Assembly (NCBI GenBank): GCA_946965045.2
Contig: OX337229.1
Span: 4,836,001-4,900,000, forward strand
Direction: 5' to 3'
Source of the DNA: Epithemia pelagica
Lineage: Eukaryota > Protista > Bacillariophyta
Length of the DNA stretch: 64,000 nt
Shown here piece by piece: positions 56,690-64,000 of the stretch. The position numbers were made by a program, and so were the translations under genes. Below the pieces are notes generated by a model. That model was not told where the DNA came from. It saw nothing but the letters and a program-made list of their open reading frames with translations, and made no database searches. Positions within the stretch are counted from its first letter, which is position 1. Every line of letters starts with the position of its first letter.

Positions 56690-57343
56690 CTTATAACAAT
56701 GCGTCCATTGAATCCCAGAAACAAAAGAGTTTGTGTCACCAGTATCGTGATACTAGATGTGGCACTTCAGATGGAAAAGGGGACGAGATGAGTGAAGGGT
56801 CCAGGTGACGCACAATGGACCCGAACAAGAAGGGGATCATACCTTCGCACATCAACATAGATCAGTAGTTCCAGGTAGGCCTTAGTTGGCCCGCTGTCTT
56901 CTTCTTCTCGGTCGCAGGTCCTCCAGTCCTGAGTAGGTGGCAGTCGTGCGTGGTTTGTGGTTGTGGTTTGGCAGAACACTTATATCCCCAGCTAGATTCA
57001 TACAGATATAGGAGCAGCTAGAAATCATGTATCGCATTCTAATAGGGACGTATAAAAGTTTGGGCTTGCTGATTAACCTTATACGAGTAAATAAAATACA
57101 CTCATGGAACTCTAAACTCTAAAGCTAAAACTGTGCAAAGGTTGGTTATTGTAGAAGCGACGTCACCTTTGAATTCGGAAGCACCATTGATCCATCGCTT
57201 CCCCGGGCATCATTTTTTGCCCATGTAATGTTGTCTTCTGTCTTGAGAAGGAAACAAACATGGTATCGTGTCATAACTCTGATGCACAGCAGCGATCTTG
57301 AGTATGCTTCTCTTATCACAAAGTAAACACACCAACAAAGACG

Positions 57344-57881
57344 ATGAATTCGATGTCAGCAAAAGTGCAGAACCAACAATTGGGTCCGGATATATTGCGG
57401 CGTATCTTTGAGGACGAAGCCTTAACACAACGACAGAAAAGAGCATGCGTAAGTGAGGGTAAATGGCTTTTCTTTTGTCTTTGGACTTTCTTGTGCCTGA
57501 ATATTTACTTTTTTATCTTTATTGACAAAGCTGGTTGATCTTCAATCCATATGCATGAACTTGGCAAACAAGGACAAACTGAACATGAGGAAGCATCGTA
57601 CTGTCGGTGCTCGCAAGGTTCATTGGATGATGAACCATTGTCCACATGGATTTGAATATCTCAAAGCCGTCGTTGGCTTTGACCTCGTCACGGTCAACCA
57701 TGGACGAAGGACTTTCTTACGAATGGAACATGTACCAGACCGATCAGAAATGCGACAGCATGTACGAGATGTGACGAGAGTTCTTATTTTGGTGGATCCA
57801 AGCAGATTCATGGCAGCAGACTTTATTGCCGTTCGCGATAACTTCACCTGGGAAGTGCCGGGCCAACGATTTCAAGGATAA
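57344..57881 (+). CDS. Small hypothetical protein, possible PUB-like domain; intron 57449-57530
   Basis: In-frame GT-AG join; ICMNL...KHRTV...GFEYLKAVVGF resembles the PUB consensus. Confidence 0.45.
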
Positions 57882-58049
57882 GGAAACAAGATCCAATGTT
57901 GACAGTCTGTAAAATCGCTAGTTAAACGTTTATTCATGTGATATATCTATAAGTGCAATGTGAACAACTTTGCGCTGAACGAAGATGGTCGAATATTCTA
58001 CGTACGCCATCCTCGAACTGTACAAAATGAGCTGCGAGTTGTTGGTTGA

Positions 58050-59075
58050 TCACGAATCTTCAGTCGTCGTCTCATACGATGGTACCTTTTCCTGTTTATC
58101 TTCGGCGGAGTCCTTCTCTTCATGTGTATCTGGAGATTGTTCTTCCGCCGTAGAGGGCAAAGAAGGTGATGAATCCGGTGGAAGAGAAGTGTCTCTTTTC
58201 TTTCTCGGATAGGTTACGCACAAAAAGATTTCTACGAGACCGAGCATGGCACCGAGCCCGTTTGGAACGATGATGAAAAAGTCTTGAACAGCCAGTCCAA
58301 ACGCAAACCAGAACAGTCCGTTGGCTGTGCTTGTAACAACCAGAGGGATGTGTATTGATGCAGAATTTCGCTCTTTCAGAACAGTAAAAATAGTCGACAG
58401 AGGAGCTCCATAAAAGAAAACAAGATTCAAGTTGACAGCAACACCAACTATCGTCTCTTGTGTATCTCCACTGAATGAGTCTTTCCCATACGCGATGATG
58501 GTGATCACTGCGACCCAATATATGACAATACCAAGGACCAGACGCTCATGTGGAGCCGGAACAGGCTTGTGTTGGGAGGTTACGTCCCAAACAATCCGTG
58601 CATAGTCCCCTAGTAAACCAAGACGGCCGTGCTCCGGGTCCTCTGTAGCTGGTTTCAAAGTGTCAGATGATGGTGAAAGATTCCGACTTGACAATGAACT
58701 TGGTTCATCGATCAGACTTAATAATCTTGAACTCTCGGCTCGCAACGCCCCGATGATTGACTTTCTCATTTCTGCAGACTTGTGGTTTTCATACTGTAGT
58801 TTCACAGCAACCAGGTTGAGCCATACACTTAAAATGAATCCAGGAGCATTCGCAAAATAAATGAAAAGATTGTCAACCAACATGCCATATCCAACCCACC
58901 CAAGACAGTTTCCCAGCATGAAAGCAAATGGAGTCGGGTTGAGATCTCCTAGTTGGCCCGTCTCTGATATCGCTTTCGCGGCGTCGCGATAGGGCGCCGA
59001 AAACATAATGGTTGCCGTAATCGTGCCAGCCGCAGGGCAGACAATCTCAAGGAGTAGTTCTGATGTAGACATCAT
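58050..59075 (-). CDS. SWEET (MtN3/saliva) sugar transporter
   Basis: GDLNPTPFAFMLGNCLGWVGYG and FYGAPLSTIFTVLKERNSASIHIPL...NGLGAMLG. Confidence 0.93.
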   Translation of the reverse strand: MMSTSELLLEIVCPAAGTITATIMFSAPYRDAAKAISETGQLGDLNPTPFAFMLGNCLGWVGYGMLVDNLFIYFANAPGFILSVWLNLVAVKLQYENHKSAEMRKSIIGALRAESSRLLSLIDEPSSLSSRNLSPSSDTLKPATEDPEHGRLGLLGDYARIVWDVTSQHKPVPAPHERLVLGIVIYWVAVITIIAYGKDSFSGDTQETIVGVAVNLNLVFFYGAPLSTIFTVLKERNSASIHIPLVVTSTANGLFWFAFGLAVQDFFIIVPNGLGAMLGLVEIFLCVTYPRKKRDTSLPPDSSPSLPSTAEEQSPDTHEEKDSAEDKQEKVPSYETTTEDS

Positions 59076-59322
59076 TTTCCTGGGTTGTCTTTCGACACTC
59101 TTTGCCAAAATCACCGTCAGAATTCAGAATCAAAATGGAAGAAATGTTTTATGACGATTTGCTTCGCCCCCAAACCAGAACCAGACCCGAAGAGTTCCCA
59201 TCACGAATAATAATATGTAATATGTCTGCCATCTGGCGCATCCATACTCCATACGGTATACTTTTGCCCTTGACCATTACGTCGTCGATCGTTCGTGTGC
59301 TCGCTGGAAAATATCTACCCCT

Positions 59323-60725
59323 GCTACTGCTACCCGAAATCAACCTCGTCAAATCAGTTTTGCTGACGTTGCATTCGCGACTCACTTAGACTTACAATTT
59401 TCTCACTCCCACGGAACTTCGCGATGACGAATGAGAACGACACTCGACCATGAGCTCCGCGAAAGCGAAAGCGGCTTCCTCCGTTGGTCAACTGCAACAG
59501 CCCCCAGCCAAGAAGGCTCGAAAGGACACTTCAGAAAAGAATGCGCCTTTAATTTTGGATTACATGAGCGCATGGACTGACACGGTGGAAACCGATCAAC
59601 AACTCTCTACAGCCAATTCTCTCTTTGGATCCGAAAGTGCATGGTTTGTTAGAGATCAGTACATTGCTCTGTATGAACAAATTGTTTCTCGCTGTGATCA
59701 GGATGGACAAACCTGGAGATCGTCCATGGATCGGCTGGTGCTGGAAAGTCGTCATTCTTCGTGTACGCATTGGCGCGTCTTCGATTAACCGGAAAATGTG
59801 CACTGCTATACTTTCGCCCCAAGCTTGAAGCGGAAGGCGTTTCTGTCTTTTTCCCGCCAAACGGTGGCCAGCCGATTGCCATGCCGTCCAATGAAACAGG
59901 ACACTATCAACAGTTTATGAATTGGTATAAACAAGTCGGCCAAGCTAGATCTCTTTTCTTTGTAGATGGGAACGTGACTTTCAATGAAGACGCCATTGAC
60001 AACGTTACGTTCTTGGTCGCAAAGTCTCCATCCGGTACTCTTGGTTGGATGGATAAAGCAAAGGCGAAGAATGAGCATTGGCTTTCCCTTTGGCAAGAGG
60101 ATGAGCTAGTGCGATACGGACGTCTCGCGCAGATTGAAGGCATCGAGCAAATTGCTCGGGACAACTTTTTTTATATTGGAGGCATCGCTCGCTACACTTT
60201 GAAAAAAGATGAAGCACTATCGGCTATCGATTATGCCCTTCGCATGACCAACGGTCAAGCCTTAATGAAGGTCGTGACTATCGGAATCCAAGGCAAGGAC
60301 GAGAACAGGGAGATCGTTGATCGCTTGTGGGTTTTCAGATGACAGTGTCGCGTAGTCACACCGTGAGTCTCAAAGGAATCCTCTCGGCTCTAAGGTATTT
60401 CGATTCTGTATGCCGGGAATTGAACAAAACGCAGCCGCCAAGGACCTACCGGTTTTATTTCGCCGTGCCTCCTGACATTTATGATAAATTCTCTAACGAG
60501 ATACAAGCCTTTGTTGACAAGGCGGGCGCGGTGGTCAGAGACAATACAACTGAGGCTCGTGTCGAACAGTGGATTTTGAAGGTAGAATGAATCAACAGGA
60601 CGAGACGCGGACACTTTTTTTGTGCCTCTGGGGCTTGTCCTGGTCCGGTTTCACCCCTCCCTCAGTCGGTGTGCGAGGGGGTTCTTTGCTTCATGCACTG
60701 GCTACTGCTACCCGAAATCAACCTC
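59323..60725 (+). repeat. Perfect 25-bp direct repeat GCTACTGCTACCCGAAATCAACCTC flanking the CR gene
   Basis: Copies at 59323-59347 and 60701-60725. Confidence 0.9.
59450..60590 (+). pseudogene. Crinkler-related (CR) P-loop NTPase + PD-(D/E)xK REase-like gene, two frame breaks
   Basis: Walker A HGSAGAGKS appears after a shift near 59710; YIGGIARY; C-terminal GFQMTVSRSH...RFYFAVP...EQWIL in a third frame after an apparent deletion at about 60325. Confidence 0.7.
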
Positions 60726-61035
60726 TCAGACAGTCTAGACTTGGGGTCACTTTATGCGACGATCGATCAGTGCCTCATCACTTGGTTTCCCAAGAGGTCT
60801 TTCTTTTTCTCCATGAAAGATCTGGTGATTCTGGGAATAAAACCTCGAAACACCCCTCTAGCTAATTGCGTGCCTGAAGCTAAAGAAGCCATAGAATGGA
60901 ATATTCACAGCATTTTAGGATTCCAAAATGGACGATTGTGATAACATCCGGCTTCATTGCTCCACCAAGTCTCTAGACCTATATGGTTGGGTGTGTGTGA
61001 ATGTAGGTAGTCTTTCAAATCCACAACTATTGCAA

Positions 61036-62042
61036 TTAAGCGATTTCATAGTTGATAATGCGCGAGAACTTGGCTGCATCCAGGGACGCTCCACCTACGA
61101 GTGCACCGTCAATATCTGGTTGTCCCATGAGTTCATCTACGGATTCAGGTGAAACAGAGCCACCGTACAAAATGCGGGTGCTATCCGCAGTTTCTTGATC
61201 GTAGATGTCGGCCAAGATGCTGCGACAAGTCGCGTGGACCTTCTGTGCCACTTCTGGCGTCGCAACCTTACCTGTGCCAATAGCCTAAGGTAAAATGAAA
61301 TGAGAATGGACCCACTCAGAAACGAGACGTTGTGAATCCTTTCGACTTACCCAAACGGGTTCATAGGCAATGGCAACATCCGCCATCTGCTCCTTCGAAA
61401 TTCCAGCCAAACCCTTTTTGAGCTGTACTGCGCAGACTGCACCAGCAAGATCTTGCTCAAATTCGGATTCGGATTCCCCGATACAAAGCATCACAGACAT
61501 GCCCTCTTCGATTAGTTTGAGGCATTGCCTGTTGATGTATTCGTCGGTTTCTCCAAACAGAACTCGTCGTTCCGAATGTCCAGCAAGGGCCCATTGCACA
61601 CCCATTGACTTGACCATTGGTGCAGAGGTGGCACCAGTAAAGGCTCCCTTTCCCTCTGGGCACACGGCCTAGGAATAGAGTCAACAAATGTCAGCTCGAT
61701 GCACGACAACGGCTAAATCCCAAAACATCACTTTCATGTACTCACTTCAGCACCGATCTCAATCTTGTCACCAACAGCTTGCTTCGCGGCATCAATAAAC
61801 ACATAGGGGACGAAGAGAGCGACATCAGCATCAGGCGACGTCGGAAGCACAGAGTCAGCAATATCCTTGGCCAACTGAGTTGCTTCGTCCTTGGTTTGAG
61901 GGTTCAACTTCCAGTTTCCAGAGATAAAAGGCTTACGTTCAGCCTCCAACACCACATGAGAGGATCTGGAGGGTCCACGCAAAGGCGTGAACGCATAGGA
62001 CGAGGAGAGCAGGAAGGATGATACGGCGACGGAAAACTTCAT
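61036..62042 (-). CDS. TPI: Triosephosphate isomerase, plastid-targeted; introns 61669-61745 and 61285-61350
   Basis: FISGNWK, GHSERR, AYEPVW|AIGTG, YGGSV, LVGGASL; bipartite leader. Confidence 0.97.
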
Positions 62043-62275
62043 TTTCAAATTGATTGGTTTGTGGTGTGCGTGTTGCGTGGTCCTCGTCAGTTTACATTTT
62101 TGGATTTTTTGAATCGGATTCTATTTTGTCAAAAAGAGACGTTTTTCTCCTTCTTGCTGTTTTCATCTGTACATTTTTAGGCAAAGTCCTACTTTGGGGG
62201 TAATATAAACACAGTGCGACTGACCTGGTCGGATCTTTCTTTTTTCTGTGCTCTATCGACAAACCACGTACGACA

Positions 62276-62977
62276 ATGACAGATATCAACGATAACAAGA
62301 TGATGAGATTCTGGGCTTTCTCCATGGTATTTTGTTTTCTGTTGGAGACGGCTCAATGTTCCTTCGTCAATCCTTATTTACATGACAGGCATCTCGAGCG
62401 ACCAACCATTCTGCGCCTGGGCAAGGACGTTGCTGTCGACCGAAGATCTTTTGGCATCCGAGTGTGCGAATTCCTTGGTACCGTCCAAGCCGTATCAGTT
62501 TTGTCCCCCTTTCCAGCATCCGCGTATCCACAAGAAAATGAAGATAAAGAGAAGATCAAGAAGGGCTACGAGCGACTGAATTACCTGCTTGACAACTGGG
62601 TTGCCGAGACCACGGTTTGTGGAAAGGGCGACGACAATCCGTATACAGGCACAAAAGGATGTGAACGAACTCCTTTGATTGTCATGGACTATCTTGGTTA
62701 CAAAAGTACCAACGATCCATTGTTTAAAGCTGACAAGACGTTGAAACGACTAGCCGTTCTCGTTCCTACCGAAGATGGACCCACCTATCTAGATGCTATG
62801 GAAAAATGGGTAGAAGCAGCGGAGGAAGCATCAGGAATGGCATATGTAAGCAGCTGGGGAGAGGCAAATCCCGGTGGTGGGAAGGATCGCGTGGAGCTCT
62901 TCATCGAACGTGCCAAGAAGAATGTGATTGATGCTCGCGACAGCCTCGATACCGCAATACGAATTTTGGCTATTTGA
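62276..62977 (+). CDS. Conserved plastid, probably thylakoid-lumen, protein of unknown function
   Basis: Signal peptide, RR...ASA lumen-type leader, helical mature part with SSWGEANPGGG. Confidence 0.55.
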   Translation: MTDINDNKMMRFWAFSMVFCFLLETAQCSFVNPYLHDRHLERPTILRLGKDVAVDRRSFGIRVCEFLGTVQAVSVLSPFPASAYPQENEDKEKIKKGYERLNYLLDNWVAETTVCGKGDDNPYTGTKGCERTPLIVMDYLGYKSTNDPLFKADKTLKRLAVLVPTEDGPTYLDAMEKWVEAAEEASGMAYVSSWGEANPGGGKDRVELFIERAKKNVIDARDSLDTAIRILAI

Positions 62978-63357
62978 AGAAAGCACGATGTTTTTATACC
63001 AGCTTGATTCAATAGCGATACATGTCGATAGAAACCAAAGATATCGATGGGAATGAAAAGGAGTGCGTCGTGATCATGATGGTCTTACCCCTTAGGTAGG
63101 TCAAGCAGGTTACTCCACTATTATGGTTTATGGTCTTCTCCTAGAGTTGCTAGCATGGATTGGGAACTGGGACTCCAAGGACAAATGAAGAATTTTGAAG
63201 TTTGCAGGGTTTGTGACCCACCCGATAAACTTGGGGGACGAGAAACTCAATGGGCAAGAGACAGAGAGACTCGTGATCCATTTTGATTCACCGAATTCCG
63301 ATCCCGCTTCGCTATCACAATGGGCCGGGTCTCCTCTTTCAAGTCTCTTGGACCGCG

Positions 63358-64000
63358 ATGATCGAATACGACGCAAGTTCCTTTGGATTCAGGCTGTTAT
63401 TCCGACTTCATGGTAGGTTACTTTACCTTTGATCTGGGAACTACAAACGACTTTCTCATTATGGCGTGCTTTTGCAATTGCCTGCTCAACTAAACTTGCG
63501 CTTTGTCTCACTGTCCGAAAGGTTCGGCCTTGTTCAAGAGTTTGGTACCAGCAGCAATATCAAGTTCGATCTTTTTTGCTTTGCACTACACGACACACTT
63601 GGAGACAGATGAACACCAAATAATTCATCACCCATACACGGTAAGAACCATATTTATTCACTACTCCATCCCTACTGGTTCCAACGTTTTTTAATATGTT
63701 CTCTGTCGGATCTTTGGCACATTCCTCCCACACAATCCCAATATATCCATATTCACTATAGATGGGTGCCCTCATTGCAAGTCTCGCCTTTTTGTTGTCG
63801 TACAGGGCGAACTTTAGCTACAATCGATATTGGGAAGCCTTCACTGCCATACACCAGATGCATTCTAAATGGCTTGATGTTGGTATGCAGCTCTCCGCGT
63901 TTCACATGCAATCTACAAAATACGATCATGTTCGACCTCCGGCGTTTGGTGAATATGCCGACTTGACCTACGCAGAAAGAGAAAGACAGCGATTGAATCA
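63358..64000 (+). CDS. Bestrophin-like (UPF0187) anion channel, truncated by the window; introns 63413-63521 and 63641-63761
   Basis: Spliced product MIEYDASSFGFRLLFRLHGSALFK...HPYTMGALIASLAFLLSYRANFSYNRYWEA; not in the ORF track. Confidence 0.8.

Noticed and set aside
59700-59720. Programmed -1 frameshift in the CR gene, and likewise near 25340
   Set aside because: No canonical X XXY YYZ heptamer in the required frame; the CR gene has a second lesion, so decay is simpler.
1-64000. tRNA, rRNA or bacterial contamination
   Set aside because: No RNA-gene structure recognised; spliceosomal introns and eukaryote-specific genes flank all accessory regions.

Overview
Eukaryotic, intron-containing, gene-dense DNA, most likely from a diatom or related stramenopile. 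This is inferred from bipartite plastid-targeting leaders (e.g. TPI ...SSSYA|FTP), short GT-AG introns and the gene set. A housekeeping backbone (PHT4-type MFS, PH-domain protein, ankyrin protein, ATM kinase, COQ5, MAK11/PAK1IP1-like WD40, PqiA-like, mitochondrial carrier, LETM1-like, SWEET, TPI, bestrophin) is interrupted by three accessory regions. (1) 1-7.9 kb is a transposon pile-up: MULE, two hAT derivatives, a mariner-like relic, a possible tyrosine-recombinase ORF running off the edge, and a single-domain PLD/Nuc-like nuclease bracketed by 34-bp direct repeats. (2) 18680-34951 is a complete Ginger-like DNA transposon with perfect 15-bp TGT...ACA TIRs and a GCAC 4-bp TSD. It encodes an integrase-Ulp1 protease-CXC transposase and, tail-to-tail, a TET/JBP-family 2OG-Fe(II) dioxygenase. 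A CRE-type LINE and a MITE are nested inside it. (3) 59.3-60.7 kb is a decayed Crinkler-related NTPase/REase gene between 25-bp direct repeats. The main candidate novelty is the TET/JBP-carrying Ginger element. All family calls are motif recognition by eye; no searches were run.
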